DNA of 64,000 nt from an uncultured Gammaproteobacteria bacterium (GCA_964472415.1 CAYYLC010000001.1:131269-195268); one strand, 5' to 3'; positions 1-11,164 are shown, numbered from the stretch's first letter. The notes: a model not told the origin generated them from the letters alone. Numbers and translations are program-made.

Positions 1-225
1 ACTGGAAAATCAAAAGGATTCGGATTTGTAGAATTTTCTACTCCAGAAGAAGCTAAAAAAGCAGCTGAGGAGTTGAATGGTAAAGAGTTAGATGGACGTG
101 CAATTAATGTTTCTGAAGCAAGACCACAACAGCCAAGAGAAAATAATTTCTCAGGTGGCGGAAATTTTAGACGAGACGATAGACGTGGTGGAGGTCGTGA
201 TGACCGACGAGGCGGCGGATATTAA
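1..225 (+). CDS. RRM (RNP-1) RNA-binding protein, 3' partial, with Gly/Arg-rich tail
   Basis: Frame 1 translates TGKSKGFGFVEFSTPEEAKKAAEELNGKELDGRAINVSEARP...RRGGGY*; KGFGFVEF is the RNP-1 motif; stop TAA at 223-225. Confidence 0.9.
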   Translation, partial: TGKSKGFGFVEFSTPEEAKKAAEELNGKELDGRAINVSEARPQQPRENNFSGGGNFRRDDRRGGGRDDRRGGGY

Positions 226-236
226 TTCGTTCTAAT

Positions 237-273
237 AAAAAACCCTCTCAGAAGAAATTCTAGGGGGTTTTTT
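237..273. terminator. Bidirectional intrinsic terminator
   Basis: AAAAAACCCTCT(C)AGAA-GAAA-TTCTAGGGGGTTTTTT hairpin with A/T tails, between convergent genes. Confidence 0.8.
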
Positions 274-280
274 GATGGCA

Positions 281-601
281 TTAGCGTATCTTGCTTCCAT
301 TCGGAACGCTTTCAGATGGATGGAGTAGCGCTATTTTTTCGTCTCCGGTTGCAAGCATCATTCCCTGGCTTTCATATCCTCGTAATTTTCGTGGTTCAAG
401 ATTTACGATAATAGGAATCTGTTTACCGATAAGAACTGTTGGATTTGGATAACTTTCTGCAATACCAGCTAGTATCTGTCGGGTTTCTTCTCCGAGATCA
501 ATCTGAAGTCTTAGTAATTTATCTGCTTCAGGAATTTTTTCTGCTTCTAGAATAGTTCCGATTCGAATGTCTAGTTTTACGAAGTCATCAATTGTTATCA
601 T
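281..601 (-). CDS. Stand-alone tRNA-binding OB-fold protein (MetRS C-terminal/Trbp111/CsaA-like)
   Basis: ITIDDFVKLDIRIGTI...ADKLLRLQIDLGEETRQILAGI...NLEPRKLRGYESQGMMLA. Confidence 0.9.
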   Translation of the reverse strand: MITIDDFVKLDIRIGTILEAEKIPEADKLLRLQIDLGEETRQILAGIAESYPNPTVLIGKQIPIIVNLEPRKLRGYESQGMMLATGDEKIALLHPSESVPNGSKIR

Positions 602-674
602 ATATATTATTATATCATTAAGCTTTGGAGAAATGAGTGTTGCAAAGATGCCATTTCTTTTTTACCATAAGATT

Positions 675-788
675 ATGCCTAAAAAGAAATGGTATCGTAA
701 GCGTGAGGACAATCGGTTTTTTGCTATTTTGTTTATTGTCCTTGCATTGGTGCTTATCATAGTGCATTTTGGTATGGGAGGGTCCTAG
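675..788 (+). CDS. Small single-TM membrane protein (37 aa)
   Basis: MPKKKWYRKREDNRFFAILFIVLALVLIIVHFGMGGS: basic N-terminus plus hydrophobic helix; ATG 675 avoids overlap with the divergent gene. Confidence 0.45.
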   Translation: MPKKKWYRKREDNRFFAILFIVLALVLIIVHFGMGGS

Positions 789-837
789 TGATATATTTAG
801 ACTTGATATAGTGTGGGGTTTCTTTTACAGTAAGTAT

Positions 838-1407
838 ATGAGAGCTGATAATGAACGAAAAAAATTATTACTTATATTACTTCTTATTGGTGGATTTGTA
901 GTTCTTGTTTTCCTTCTTACCCGTACGGTCCCAGCAATTTTATATACAGATAGCCAAATAAAATCAACGCTGGATTATTCTACAGTTCTGATTCCCGAAA
1001 GTGAAGTCTCTGTTTCACTCAATAATGGTATAGCTGAATATGAGGACAGTGAGATAGAGGGGACAGTAGAAGTCACCGATCCTTATTTATCAGTAAAGAC
1101 AAATGAAGGGTATGACTTATTTGCGACGATGACATATACGACAGGAGGCGTTGGAGAATTCGTGACACTCGCAATATTTGAAGAAGAAGATGGTGAGGTA
1201 ATATTTCGGAATTCATTTCCTATCGGAGATCGGGTAATTGTAAAAGACATCATTGGTCCTGAAAGTCCGCAACAGGGTGCATATCGGGTTATTGTGGAGT
1301 ATCTAGATCATGAATTCAATCAGTCGCTTACAGAATCTCCTAAAATTCAGAAAAGATTAGAATTGGAAATTGAGGATCATAGCATTACCACGAATTTATC
1401 TGAATAA
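838..1407 (+). CDS. Hypothetical membrane-anchored exported protein
   Basis: N-terminal KKLLLILLLIGGFVVLVFLL anchor followed by an acidic beta-rich domain; start moved to ATG 838. Confidence 0.7.
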   Translation: MRADNERKKLLLILLLIGGFVVLVFLLTRTVPAILYTDSQIKSTLDYSTVLIPESEVSVSLNNGIAEYEDSEIEGTVEVTDPYLSVKTNEGYDLFATMTYTTGGVGEFVTLAIFEEEDGEVIFRNSFPIGDRVIVKDIIGPESPQQGAYRVIVEYLDHEFNQSLTESPKIQKRLELEIEDHSITTNLSE

Positions 1408-1443
1408 TTCTTCTATAATAGAGGGAATAAAACATCTTTACCT

Positions 1444-1917
1444 ATGAAATATAATCTTTTTCGTTCTCCTTTTGGATCTGTTGTGATAAGTGCAGATGAA
1501 ACTGGTATTACCGGAGTGCATATGGAGAATGATCGATTTTTCTTAGAAATTCCAAAAGATTGGGTGCGAGATGAAAAGAGCTTATTGTTGAAGAAGGCGG
1601 AGGTTCAGCTTTTGGAGTATTTTCAGAAGAAAAGAAACAGTTTTAATCTCCCTCTTTCACAAAACGGAACAATATTCCAAAAGCGTGTATGGAGAGTAAT
1701 TTCAGAAATTCCATACGGAGAAACGATTTCATATAAGGAGATTGCAACTAAGATTGGCCATCCGCTTGCAGTCCGTGCAGTTGGAAGTGCAGTTGGAAAG
1801 AATCCAATTTGTATTATGGTCCCTTGTCATAGAGTTTTAAATACCGGTGGGAGAATTGGCGGTTATGTTGCAGGAGTAGGAGTAAAGAAAAGTTTGCTAG
1901 AGTTAGAGCAAGAATAA
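1444..1917 (+). CDS. ogt: Methylated-DNA--protein-cysteine methyltransferase
   Basis: GTIFQKRVW, IPYGETISY, AVRAVGSA and active-site PCHRV. Confidence 0.95.
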   Translation: MKYNLFRSPFGSVVISADETGITGVHMENDRFFLEIPKDWVRDEKSLLLKKAEVQLLEYFQKKRNSFNLPLSQNGTIFQKRVWRVISEIPYGETISYKEIATKIGHPLAVRAVGSAVGKNPICIMVPCHRVLNTGGRIGGYVAGVGVKKSLLELEQE

Positions 1918-1991
1918 ATTTACTATAGTAAGTTTGTCTTTAGAAATATTTCCAGGATCTGATAATTTGTAGTACGTGATATACTGAATCC

Positions 1992-2171
1992 ATGAAGAAG
2001 ATTGGGTATTCATTTTATTTTCCAGGACAAATTGCTTCTGCACTTGTTGCGTTCATCCTAAATGTTGGTATTCCATATATGACTGGAGATTCTATTAACT
2101 GGTTTACTACTATTTTAGTGACTGTTTCTGTTTTCTTTTCTGCGGGATTACGATATTTTCCTAAGAAATAA
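1992..2171 (+). CDS. Small two-TM membrane protein (59 aa, below ORF-track cut-off)
   Basis: MKKIGYSFYFPGQIASALVAFILNVGIPYMTGDSINWFTTILVTVSVFFSAGLRYFPKK*; TATACT (1980-1985) lies 6 nt before the ATG. Confidence 0.55.
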   Translation: MKKIGYSFYFPGQIASALVAFILNVGIPYMTGDSINWFTTILVTVSVFFSAGLRYFPKK

Positions 2172-2242
2172 GTGGCGTATTTTTCAGGATAATATTTATC
2201 GGAGCGATATAAATCAAGTTTTTTAATATTTTACTTTATCGA

Positions 2243-2503
2243 CTAGTTTTTATTTGTCACCTTATAAACTTTGCCGTTTGTATTATATGTAATCCATTCT
2301 CCAACTTGTTTCCCCATGTCAAAATATCCTGAGCGTTTTAAGGTGCCATTTTTGCGATACCATTCCCAGTAGCCATTGGTTTTTCCATCTACGATTTTCC
2401 CTTTTGACCACACAGTCTTTCCATTGGCATGATATTTAATAGTAAAACCGTCAACGATCTCTGATTTTTTGGGCTGGACCATTTTTTTATTGGAAGATTG
2501 CAT
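2243..2503 (-). CDS. MORN-variant repeat protein
   Basis: YHANGKTVWSKG, WYRKNGTLKRSG, GEWITYNTNGK repeats; TATACT 6 nt upstream of ATG 2503. Confidence 0.75.
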   Translation of the reverse strand: MQSSNKKMVQPKKSEIVDGFTIKYHANGKTVWSKGKIVDGKTNGYWEWYRKNGTLKRSGYFDMGKQVGEWITYNTNGKVYKVTNKN

Positions 2504-2643
2504 ATTTGCAGTATAGCAAAATTTTGAATATAGAATCTGTGCATAGCAGGCGCTGCTAGAGCTTATTTTCTCAATATAGAGTAACCATTTCATCCAGTGT
2601 TTCAGCCTGGTTACTGATGATTTCCATCATTTCAAGCTTAAAG

Positions 2644-3114
2644 TTATTTTGATTGTTTTAACGAATTTGAATCTTTCTTTACTAAAAATATTATGAGAAA
2701 GAAGATGCTACTTAGAAGATATAGGAGTGCCAGAATTGAGAAGTTGATTGGGATTCTAAAGAGAATTAAAGCAATTACAACTGAGGTAAATACTAGAGCC
2801 ATTGTGCTATTAACTTGTAGCTCAGAGCCTCTACCAGGAATTTTACTTACGCTTATTAACCTTATAACTCCATGGTTATAGACATAATCTAAAGGATGCA
2901 TAGGTAATTTTATTCCAAGAAGTGCTAATGTTGCCGCTGTAAGTAGTATATATGGATTCTTTAAGAATACGCCTAATAATACGATTGCTATGTATATTGG
3001 ATAACTAAAACGAATTCCATACTGAACACTTTTTTTGTCTGATATTAACTTGCAAGCAATCCATTGTGCCTCTAATCGGACATGTAGTTTTCTCCACAAG
3101 CCTTTTAACTTCAT
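2644..3114 (-). CDS. Membrane protein, DUF4395-like
   Basis: About four hydrophobic segments; HPLDYVYNHGV motif. Confidence 0.55.
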   Translation of the reverse strand: MKLKGLWRKLHVRLEAQWIACKLISDKKSVQYGIRFSYPIYIAIVLLGVFLKNPYILLTAATLALLGIKLPMHPLDYVYNHGVIRLISVSKIPGRGSELQVNSTMALVFTSVVIALILFRIPINFSILALLYLLSSIFFLIIFLVKKDSNSLKQSK

Positions 3115-3153
3115 AGTTTTAATTCGTTTACTTTGATTTTTTGTATTTCCATA

Positions 3154-6100
3154 TTAGTTAGCACCAGTCCAGTCTTTTGCCATAAGTTCTGCTTGTTCTA
3201 ATACAATTTTGGTTGCACCTTCCTGTTTGTCTGGTGGATATTTATATTTCACGAGTAATCTTTTAATGTAGATTCTCAGTTTTGCTTGAACGCTTTCTTT
3301 TATTGTCCAGTCAATTGATGTGTTCTTGCGAAGCATGTCAACCAGTTCTCGTGCCATTGCCTTGAGTGTTTCATCTCCAAGTTCACGCACTGCACTTTCA
3401 TTATTTGCCAGCGCATCATAGAAAGCGATTTCTTCAGGTGATAGCCCCATCTCATTGCCAATTTCTCTTTCATGCTGAATTTTCTTTGCCAGTTCCAGAA
3501 GTTCTGCTATAACTTGTGCTGCTTCGATTGTTCTGTTTTGGTATTTACGAATCGTTGCCTCTAGCATTTGTGCAAATGAACGAGATTTTACAAGATTTGT
3601 CTTTGTCATTGTTCTCAATTCATCATTTAATAGTTTTTTAAGAAGTTCTAATGCAACATTTTTATGCTGCATATTTTTTACTTCACTTAGAAATTCCTCT
3701 GAAAATATTGAGATGTCAGGAGACTTAATTCCAGCAGCTGAATATATGTCTATCACAGCATCTGAAGTGACAGCAGAGGAGACTATTTGTCTTATTGCCA
3801 CATCATAGTCATCATCTGTTGGCCCGCCATCTTGTGGTTCCATTTTCATTATTGCACCACGCACTATCTGATAAAATCCAACCTCATCTCGTATTTCCAT
3901 TGCCTTGTCATGAGGCACTGCAAGTGAAAATGCTTTTGATAATTCATTCACAGCTCTCAAATATCGTTTCTTACCATCCTCAAGTCCTAGTATAAAGTTT
4001 GTCGCAGCAGATATCGCTTGAGTCCTCTCAGAAGCTTTACCATTGAAGTATTTCTGATAGTCAAAGCCATGATACATTCCTCGTACAATCTCATACTTTT
4101 CAAGCATTAGTGTAACCGCTTCATCCTGAGGAATTGCGGTTTCTGATCTATCAGATTCGGAATAGTAGGAAAGTGCTTCTTTAAGCTCTGGTGCAATTCC
4201 AATGTAGTCAACAATAAGTCCACCTTGCTTGTCCTTATAAACACGATTAACACGAGCAATGGCTTGCATCAGTCCATGTCCTTGCATTGGTTTATCTATG
4301 TACATTGTATGAAGCGAAGGCACATCAAAGCCTGTCAGCCACATATCACGGACAATAACCAGATTCAATTCATCATCTGGATCTCTCATTCTTCTTGCCA
4401 TTGCGTCCAGCTCGTGTTTTGATCTGATATGAGGCTGAAAATTCAGCGGATCAGTTGCACTTCCGGTCATAACTACTTTCAGGAATCCTTTTGTTTCATC
4501 ATCACTATGCCATTGTGGACGAAGTTTTATGATCTCGTTGTAAAGCTCAACGGCAATACGTCTGCTCATTGCAACTATCATGCCTTTTCCATCCATGACT
4601 GAAAGTCTGTTTTCAAAATGATCCACCAGGTCCCGCGCAACCAGTGCTATTCTTTTTTCAGATCCTACCATTGCTTCAAGTCTGGCCCACCTACTCTTTA
4701 GTTTTTCTTTCTTTTCAATTTCTTCACCTTCTGTTAACTCTTCAAATTCTGGATCAATTTTTGGTTGCTCTTCTTTTTTAAGCTCAATTCTGGCAAGTCT
4801 CGCCTCGTAATAAATCGACACAGTTGCGTGATCCTCAACAGCGCGGGTTATATCGTAGATATCGACATACTCGCCAAATACTGCTCTTGTGTTCCTGTCC
4901 GACAGTTCAACAGGTGTGCCTGTAAAACCAATAAATGACGCGTTCGGAAGCGCATCTCTCATGTGTTTTGCAAATCCACTGATAAATTCATACTGACTTC
5001 GATGTGCCTCATCGGCAATGACAACAATATTTTTTCTGTCAGATAACATCGGATAGTCCTGCTCCCCATGAACAGGTAAGAATTTTTGTATGGTTGTGAA
5101 TATTACGCCACCTGAGGCAACTTTTAGAAGCTCTTGTAATTCATTTCTGTCATCTGCTTGTTTTGGTGTTTGTCGTAAGAGATCAGAGCTCTTTGAAAAT
5201 ATTCCAAACAATTGATTATCAAGATCATTTCTGTCAGTCAGTATGACAAGAGTAGGATTGTTAAGTTCTTGAATGATTTTTCCTGCAAAAAATGTCATAG
5301 TGAGACTTTTGCCAGAACCTTGAGTGTGCCAGACGACACCAGCACGTCTATCTCCTTCTTCTAGCGTGGCTTTTATAGTACTTTCTACCGCTTTGTTAGT
5401 GGCAAAGTATTGATGATAAGCAGCAGCTTTTTTAATTGTCTTTTCGCCATCAGTTTCAAACACGATGAAATTGGAAATAATGTCGAGTAATCGTGACTTA
5501 TCAAAGATTCCTTTTAACAGAACTTCAAGCTGAGGCAAAGCATTGGAAGCAATATCAATGCCATTGAGTGTTCGCCATCTCGTGAACCATTCAAGATTTG
5601 CAGACAAAGTACCAACTCGTGCTTCATTTCCATCACTAATGATTGAAAGTTCGTTATAGGCAAAAAGTGATGGAATATCTTGCTTGTACGTTTGGATTTG
5701 ATTAAATGCTCCTCTGACAGTTGCTTTTTCGTCTCCTGGATTTTTCAGTTCTATGACTATGACAGGTAATCCATTGACGAATACGACAACATCAGGACGT
5801 CTGTTATTGTTATTTTCAATGATGGTGTATTGGTTAACTGCCAGAAAGTCATTCTCGTCAATATTCACAAGGTCCACAAGCTTTACTTTGTCACCAGCGA
5901 CAGTTCCATCACTTCGCATATACTCTACATCCACGCCATCTCGCAGATATGAATGAAAGATTCTATTATTTAGGATTGCACTTGGAGTGATGAATGGAAC
6001 CTGCAGAACTTTCTTAAATGCTTCTTCTTTTGCGTCCATAGGAATATCAGAATTGAATTTCTCAATCGCATTCCAAAGTCTTTCCTCTAGTACTACATCA

Positions 6101-6234
6101 GCATAAGATTTTCGCTCAGGACTCACTCCGTCTGGTGGTGGTGCAATCTCAGGCCCACCAATAACAGAATAGCCTAATTCCTCAAGCCATTCTAAAGTCG
6201 CTAATTCTAAATCTGTTTCTGTGTATTTATTCAT
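3154..6234 (-). CDS. hsdR: Type I restriction enzyme R subunit
   Basis: PD...ELK nuclease motif ([19 protein letters not shown]), [33 protein letters not shown]. Confidence 0.97.
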   Translation of the reverse strand: MNKYTETDLELATLEWLEELGYSVIGGPEIAPPPDGVSPERKSYADVVLEERLWNAIEKFNSDIPMDAKEEAFKKVLQVPFITPSAILNNRIFHSYLRDGVDVEYMRSDGTVAGDKVKLVDLVNIDENDFLAVNQYTIIENNNNRRPDVVVFVNGLPVIVIELKNPGDEKATVRGAFNQIQTYKQDIPSLFAYNELSIISDGNEARVGTLSANLEWFTRWRTLNGIDIASNALPQLEVLLKGIFDKSRLLDIISNFIVFETDGEKTIKKAAAYHQYFATNKAVESTIKATLEEGDRRAGVVWHTQGSGKSLTMTFFAGKIIQELNNPTLVILTDRNDLDNQLFGIFSKSSDLLRQTPKQADDRNELQELLKVASGGVIFTTIQKFLPVHGEQDYPMLSDRKNIVVIADEAHRSQYEFISGFAKHMRDALPNASFIGFTGTPVELSDRNTRAVFGEYVDIYDITRAVEDHATVSIYYEARLARIELKKEEQPKIDPEFEELTEGEEIEKKEKLKSRWARLEAMVGSEKRIALVARDLVDHFENRLSVMDGKGMIVAMSRRIAVELYNEIIKLRPQWHSDDETKGFLKVVMTGSATDPLNFQPHIRSKHELDAMARRMRDPDDELNLVIVRDMWLTGFDVPSLHTMYIDKPMQGHGLMQAIARVNRVYKDKQGGLIVDYIGIAPELKEALSYYSESDRSETAIPQDEAVTLMLEKYEIVRGMYHGFDYQKYFNGKASERTQAISAATNFILGLEDGKKRYLRAVNELSKAFSLAVPHDKAMEIRDEVGFYQIVRGAIMKMEPQDGGPTDDDYDVAIRQIVSSAVTSDAVIDIYSAAGIKSPDISIFSEEFLSEVKNMQHKNVALELLKKLLNDELRTMTKTNLVKSRSFAQMLEATIRKYQNRTIEAAQVIAELLELAKKIQHEREIGNEMGLSPEEIAFYDALANNESAVRELGDETLKAMARELVDMLRKNTSIDWTIKESVQAKLRIYIKRLLVKYKYPPDKQEGATKIVLEQAELMAKDWTGAN

Positions 6235-7210
6235 GTTTATTTATCTGTGCTTTGATTAATTCAAAACAGTCATTGTTGTATAAAACAGGAATAGCGGAGC
6301 CTCCACGTTTTGTTCTTTTATATTCTCTTTCTTGTCTTTGACTTCTGAAATTGTATGCAGAATACTTCTCATCACCTTTTAGATTGTGTTTTTTGATAAT
6401 CTTGTTTAGATCATTTTGTTTGAATTTAGGAACCTCTTTTTTTAACTTGTCTCTAAGATCAGTCCATGTATATGGATATAAGTCTGTCACATTTTTACGT
6501 TCTATGATTGCAATAGCAGCATCTTTTGCTTCTTTATCCACTATTATTCTTGGAGCTTTTACTTCAGCGATTCGTTTTGCAGACACGATTTCGGCTTTGA
6601 TTTCGCACACTAGATAAAATCCTTCATTCTCTACTTGATTGTTCTTTTGCCTTTCAGAAATGTCTAGAATGATATTTTTAATCACACTAGGTTCATTGTC
6701 TATTGCAAGTGTCGTAAATGTCTTGAAGTTATAAGCAAAACCTAGTGGCAGAATGTTGAAGTTATAAGTTTTACTAAAATCTAAATTAAACCATTCTTTG
6801 ACTAATTTATTAAAATTTCTTAAAGATGCAGCACCAAGCGAATATACAAGATAAGACGTAGAGTCGTTATTATAAAAATGTATAGCAGTGTCTCTAATAT
6901 CAACCAACCTGTCTAGATTTTCTTCGAGAATATTATTTAGTTCGAGTTTCTTAAGTGCACCCATAATATCTACAGTATATGGAGTTTTCGCACGATTCTT
7001 TTTAATATATCTTCCTTCATATACATAAATTGCATTTGGATTTTTAGAATCCATTAGTATTTTTGCTTTTAATAATAGCTCCCATGCATTGATAAGTAAG
7101 ATTACAAATACTTCCTCTCTATACTTAAAATCTGGTTTATTGTAGATTTCAATCGAAGACAATGCTGCAGCGACTGACTTATCAAGTAAATTTTTGTATA
7201 TTGCTCTCAT
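6227..7210 (-). CDS. DUF3644 (HEPN-superfamily) protein, putative RNase effector
   Basis: N-terminal [31 protein letters not shown] signature; Rx4H motif RDTAIH. Confidence 0.75.
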   Translation of the reverse strand: MRAIYKNLLDKSVAAALSSIEIYNKPDFKYREEVFVILLINAWELLLKAKILMDSKNPNAIYVYEGRYIKKNRAKTPYTVDIMGALKKLELNNILEENLDRLVDIRDTAIHFYNNDSTSYLVYSLGAASLRNFNKLVKEWFNLDFSKTYNFNILPLGFAYNFKTFTTLAIDNEPSVIKNIILDISERQKNNQVENEGFYLVCEIKAEIVSAKRIAEVKAPRIIVDKEAKDAAIAIIERKNVTDLYPYTWTDLRDKLKKEVPKFKQNDLNKIIKKHNLKGDEKYSAYNFRSQRQEREYKRTKRGGSAIPVLYNNDCFELIKAQINKHE

Positions 7211-7211
7211 A

Positions 7212-8570
7212 TTAATTGACTCTTATCCTCCCACTCATAAGTCTTGGTAAAAGTGAATCTCTGATTTCGCTAAGCACATATACCTCTTTTTGGTTTGAAA
7301 TATACTTTTCCATTAAATTCACGATTAGTTTTTCAAAGCTTTTAAGGATATTATTTCCGGGTAGCAGAATCGAAACACTCTCTAAAATATCTGGACTAAT
7401 ATTTGGCTGAGCACTACCATATGCTTTTTCAACTATTGATTTTTGTATGTCACCGCTTCTTAGTAGGAAATATAAATACCAATGGTAATTTGAATTCTTT
7501 AGAAAATACTTTCCGACTCTTTGATTTAAAACTAACTCATAGTCACCTTTTACAAGGATGCCAATTTTTCCTGTTGTATTACCTGACATGGCAATCAAAA
7601 TATCTCCAGAATTCAAGATGAACTGTCTTGTCCTGTCTTTTACCTCCTCTTCAGAAACAAACTGAATATCCGTTACATCAACATCTGGATCAATAATATT
7701 TTTAATTTTGATTACGCCATATTTTCCAGAATCTTTAAAAGAAGAACCTTTAAAAGCAAATCCTGACTTTAGAGTTGCTATTTCTCTTACCCGTGAAGCT
7801 TCCCATCCTTTTGGAATCTCGCCTAATTCACTTTCCACCATCTCACCACCACTGGATTTGTACGGTTTGCCATTTTCGTTTGGAAATTCGAAATCCACAA
7901 ACCATCTTTTGAATAGTGTCTTGCCGATTTCCTCAAGCGTCTTATTCATCCTACGGTTTAATTCAATCTTGTCATCAAGCGAGGAGAGAATTGAGGCGAT
8001 TTGTTGTTGTTCACCAATTGGTGGATACTTGACCCAAGATTCCTTTATAGCCTCAGTTGTCAAATTCACTTGAACTCCACTTCGTGCTGTAGTTCTTAGC
8101 CTTTCGATATAACTTCTGGAATTCAGATAATAGTATAGATATGCACTGTCTACATTTGAGTTAGGACGAATTCTGCCGACGCGTTGGTTAACTAAAAATT
8201 TTTCATTATTAATTCTTGCAGAGTGACCTAACAAGTTCATGCTCGACTTCATGTCTGTCATACACATGAGGATATCATCCTTATCGGTTATGTAGCTTGC
8301 AAGCTTTCTAGCCAGGCTCTGATCCGCATAATCCTCTTTTCCTGTTATTTTAATTCCACCTCCTATATCAATGTTCCCCATCTTGAAGACTGGCACAGCA
8401 TTCTCAGATTTCTCAGTGTACGAACGACTACTAAACGCATATCCATTTGAAAAATCGGCTAACTCTTTTAGCTGCCTTAAATTCCAATCCTCTGGAATTT
8501 CACCAATTTCTGTTTGCCTGTCCGCCGTAGCTTTAGCGTTGGAGGGTTTGTATTGTGTATCGGATTTCAT
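7212..8570 (-). CDS. hsdS: Type I RM specificity subunit
   Basis: Two TRDs with conserved blocks EIGEIPEDW, PPIGEQQQIASILSSLDDKIELN, ELGEIPKGW, RDSLLPRLMSG. Confidence 0.96.
   Translation of the reverse strand: MKSDTQYKPSNAKATADRQTEIGEIPEDWNLRQLKELADFSNGYAFSSRSYTEKSENAVPVFKMGNIDIGGGIKITGKEDYADQSLARKLASYITDKDDILMCMTDMKSSMNLLGHSARINNEKFLVNQRVGRIRPNSNVDSAYLYYYLNSRSYIERLRTTARSGVQVNLTTEAIKESWVKYPPIGEQQQIASILSSLDDKIELNRRMNKTLEEIGKTLFKRWFVDFEFPNENGKPYKSSGGEMVESELGEIPKGWEASRVREIATLKSGFAFKGSSFKDSGKYGVIKIKNIIDPDVDVTDIQFVSEEEVKDRTRQFILNSGDILIAMSGNTTGKIGILVKGDYELVLNQRVGKYFLKNSNYHWYLYFLLRSGDIQKSIVEKAYGSAQPNISPDILESVSILLPGNNILKSFEKLIVNLMEKYISNQKEVYVLSEIRDSLLPRLMSGRIRVN
8517..8546 (-). repeat. 30-bp quasi-palindromic element inserted in frame in hsdS
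   Basis: CCCTCCAACGCTAAAGCTACGGCGGACAGG (PSNAKATADR) splits the usual YK-QTEIGEIP start of HsdS; GC-rich against an AT-rich background. Confidence 0.65.
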
Positions 8571-8573
8571 AGC

Positions 8574-9410
8574 TTATGACTTAAGCTGTTTAACTTTATG
8601 GATTTGGCTCAAAGACTTCATTTGGGAGATGGCAACTTTGTTGAGCTGAAGTAGTCGCTCGCTTTGCTCCAGTCCCAGTTTAATAAGCTCTGCATTGAGT
8701 GACTCGAGATTGGTGAGACAAACTAGCTGGGCGGCGTTAGCGTAGTCTCGGACGTTACCTGGCTTTTTGGGGTTGGCGCTTCGCCACTCTTTGGCTGTCA
8801 TACCAAACAAGGCCTTATTGAGAACATCTGCTTCACTGGCATACAAGGCATTTGCTTGTGACTTAGATATTTTTGGAGGTATAAGAAATTCTTTGACAGC
8901 ATCGGTGTGAATACGATAGTTGATGGCCGCCAAATTGCGCTTCAGATCCCATCCTAGTTTTTCCCGCTCAATCTCTTCTTCTTTAAGCCGCTGAAATTCC
9001 TTGATCAAGAATAGTTTGAACTCTGCACTAATCCAGCTGGCAAATTCAAATGCGATGTCAGTGTGGGCAAAAACACCTCCACCATATCGACCAGGTTTCA
9101 TAATCAAACCAACAGCCTGAGTTGCTTCTATCCATCGTTTAGGAGTCAAAGAAAAGCTATTTGAACCCGCCTCGTTTTTAAAGGCGTCGAATTCGACGCC
9201 TTTAAACTCGGCGTTGTTAATACTCTCCCACAGTCCAAGAAATTCGATAGTGCTTCTATTTCTCAACCAATTTTGGATGATGTAATTCGTTCGCTCACTG
9301 TCTTTATACTTAGCAATATCTGTCAATGAAATAAAATCAGCATTTTCCAAAGTGCGAGTGGTAATTTCAATTCCCTTTACAATTATTTGCCTTGATTTTT
9401 GTTTCTTCAT
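8574..9410 (-). CDS. KilA-N domain DNA-binding protein
   Basis: FISLTDIAK...[18 protein letters not shown]...[22 protein letters not shown]. Confidence 0.85.
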   Translation of the reverse strand: MKKQKSRQIIVKGIEITTRTLENADFISLTDIAKYKDSERTNYIIQNWLRNRSTIEFLGLWESINNAEFKGVEFDAFKNEAGSNSFSLTPKRWIEATQAVGLIMKPGRYGGGVFAHTDIAFEFASWISAEFKLFLIKEFQRLKEEEIEREKLGWDLKRNLAAINYRIHTDAVKEFLIPPKISKSQANALYASEADVLNKALFGMTAKEWRSANPKKPGNVRDYANAAQLVCLTNLESLNAELIKLGLEQSERLLQLNKVAISQMKSLSQIHKVKQLKS

Positions 9411-10945
9411 ACCTCAAATCCAACTTTTTTTAAATTCTCTTTAATTTTTTCTTCAAGCTCTTTTGACTCTATGAATTGTGCTGATAATTCGCTGGTCAGT
9501 CTTGCCATTTTCTCCTCAAATACTTCGTCATCTTCCATCTCAAAATCCGTGCCAACATATCTACCAGGAGTGAGGACATAGCTGTTCTTCTCTACTTCTT
9601 CAATACTTGCGGCTTTACAAAAGCCCTTCACATCTTCGTAATTCCCATCTTTGTTTCGCCAGTTGTGGTAAGTGTCTGAAATCCTTTGTAGTTCTTCATC
9701 AGTCAGTTCTCTGTGTCTTCTATCTATCATTGTTCCCATATTGCGAGCATCAATAAAAAGAATTTCGTTATGTCTGTCTCGGAATTTGTGATTATGTCTA
9801 TCTCGTGAGACAAACCATAGAGAGGCTGGAATACCAGTAGTGTAAAAGAGCTTATCTGGAAGTGCCACGATGCAATCCACAAGTCCTGCTTTTATGATTG
9901 CTTCTCTAATGATTCCCTCATTGGAAGTGTTAGAGGATAAAGCACCGTTTGCCATAACGAATCCTGCAATACCAGTAGGTGATAAATGATGGATGAAATG
10001 CTGAATCCAGGCATAGTTGGCATTGCCTGTTGGAGGCACACCATATTTCCAGCGGACATCATCGCGGAGTCTCTCACCGCCCCAGTCGCTCATATTAAAT
10101 GGAGGATTGGCGAGAATAAAATCTGCTTTTAAGTCTTTATGAAGATCATTATGAAAACTGTCTCCTTCAGATTCGCCTAAATTTCCTTCAATTCCACGAA
10201 TTGCCAGATTCATTTTGGCAAGTCTCCAAGTAGTGGCATTGCTTTCCTGTCCATATACTGCAATGTCACTAACTTTTCCGCCATGTTCTTCCACAAACTT
10301 TTCACTTTGGACAAACATCCCACCACTTCCGCAACAAGGATCGTAAACTCTTCCTTGAAATGGCTCTATCATAGTAACAAGGAGTTTTACTACTGAAGCT
10401 GGTGTATAGAATTCACCGCCGCCTTTTCCTTCTGCACTAGCAAATCTTCCAATGAAGTATTCATAGACACGTCCAAGAATATCTTTTGACTTTGAGGCTT
10501 TGTCTCCAAGTCCAAGTGAGCTGAAAATATCAACTATTTCACCGAGTCTTTGTTTATTAAGATCTGGCCGTGCATAACGTTTAGGAAGAACACCTTTTAG
10601 AGTAGGATTCTCTTTTTCAATTGCTATCATTGCGTCATCAATGATTTTGCCTATTTCAGGCTTCTTGGCATTTTCTTTGAGATAATCCCATCTCGCATTC
10701 TCCGGTACCCAAAATATATTTCTTGCTTTGTATGCGTCCTTATCCTCCCATTCACCATTAAATGCTTCTGGATCATTTTTGATTGACTGGTACGTTTCTT
10801 CAAAAGAGTCGGAGATATATTTGAGGAAAATAAGTCCTAGTACAACATGTTTATATTCAGCAGAATCCATGTGTCCACGAAGTTTGTCCGCAGCAGCCCA
10901 TAATTTCGCTTCAAAACCTATATTTGCAGAACTGTTTTTTGCCAT
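9407..10945 (-). CDS. hsdM: Type I RM N6-adenine methyltransferase M subunit
   Basis: [26 protein letters not shown] (SAM binding), NPPF catalytic motif. Confidence 0.97.
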   Translation of the reverse strand: MAKNSSANIGFEAKLWAAADKLRGHMDSAEYKHVVLGLIFLKYISDSFEETYQSIKNDPEAFNGEWEDKDAYKARNIFWVPENARWDYLKENAKKPEIGKIIDDAMIAIEKENPTLKGVLPKRYARPDLNKQRLGEIVDIFSSLGLGDKASKSKDILGRVYEYFIGRFASAEGKGGGEFYTPASVVKLLVTMIEPFQGRVYDPCCGSGGMFVQSEKFVEEHGGKVSDIAVYGQESNATTWRLAKMNLAIRGIEGNLGESEGDSFHNDLHKDLKADFILANPPFNMSDWGGERLRDDVRWKYGVPPTGNANYAWIQHFIHHLSPTGIAGFVMANGALSSNTSNEGIIREAIIKAGLVDCIVALPDKLFYTTGIPASLWFVSRDRHNHKFRDRHNEILFIDARNMGTMIDRRHRELTDEELQRISDTYHNWRNKDGNYEDVKGFCKAASIEEVEKNSYVLTPGRYVGTDFEMEDDEVFEEKMARLTSELSAQFIESKELEEKIKENLKKVGFEV

Positions 10946-10969
10946 AATGTTTTTAATTCTCTTTGGTGC

Positions 10970-11164
10970 TTATTTTTTGTTTCGTGACAAATAAGCTTCA
11001 ATATCACTCTTGCGGTATCGTCTGTCACCAACACCTTTTCGAGTGCCAACACGAACGGCTTTCAGAATTTCGTTCTTATCCCAGCGCCATAAAGTTTGAA
11101 CATTTACATTCAAGATCCGTGCTGCCTCTTGGATAGATATCAGCTCTTCAAGCGCTGAATTCAT
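10970..11164 (-). CDS. Excisionase/MerR-like helix-turn-helix protein
   Basis: LISIQEAARILNVNVQTLWRWD...RRYRKSDI; ATG at 11164. Confidence 0.8.
   Translation of the reverse strand: MNSALEELISIQEAARILNVNVQTLWRWDKNEILKAVRVGTRKGVGDRRYRKSDIEAYLSRNKK

Noticed and set aside
6227-7210. Naming the gene prrC or rloC
   Set aside because: No Walker A or ABC signature; only the position and an Rx4H motif are shared
3795-10994. Short overlapping ORFs within hsdR, DUF3644, hsdS and hsdM
   Set aside because: Antisense or off-frame shadows of well-supported genes
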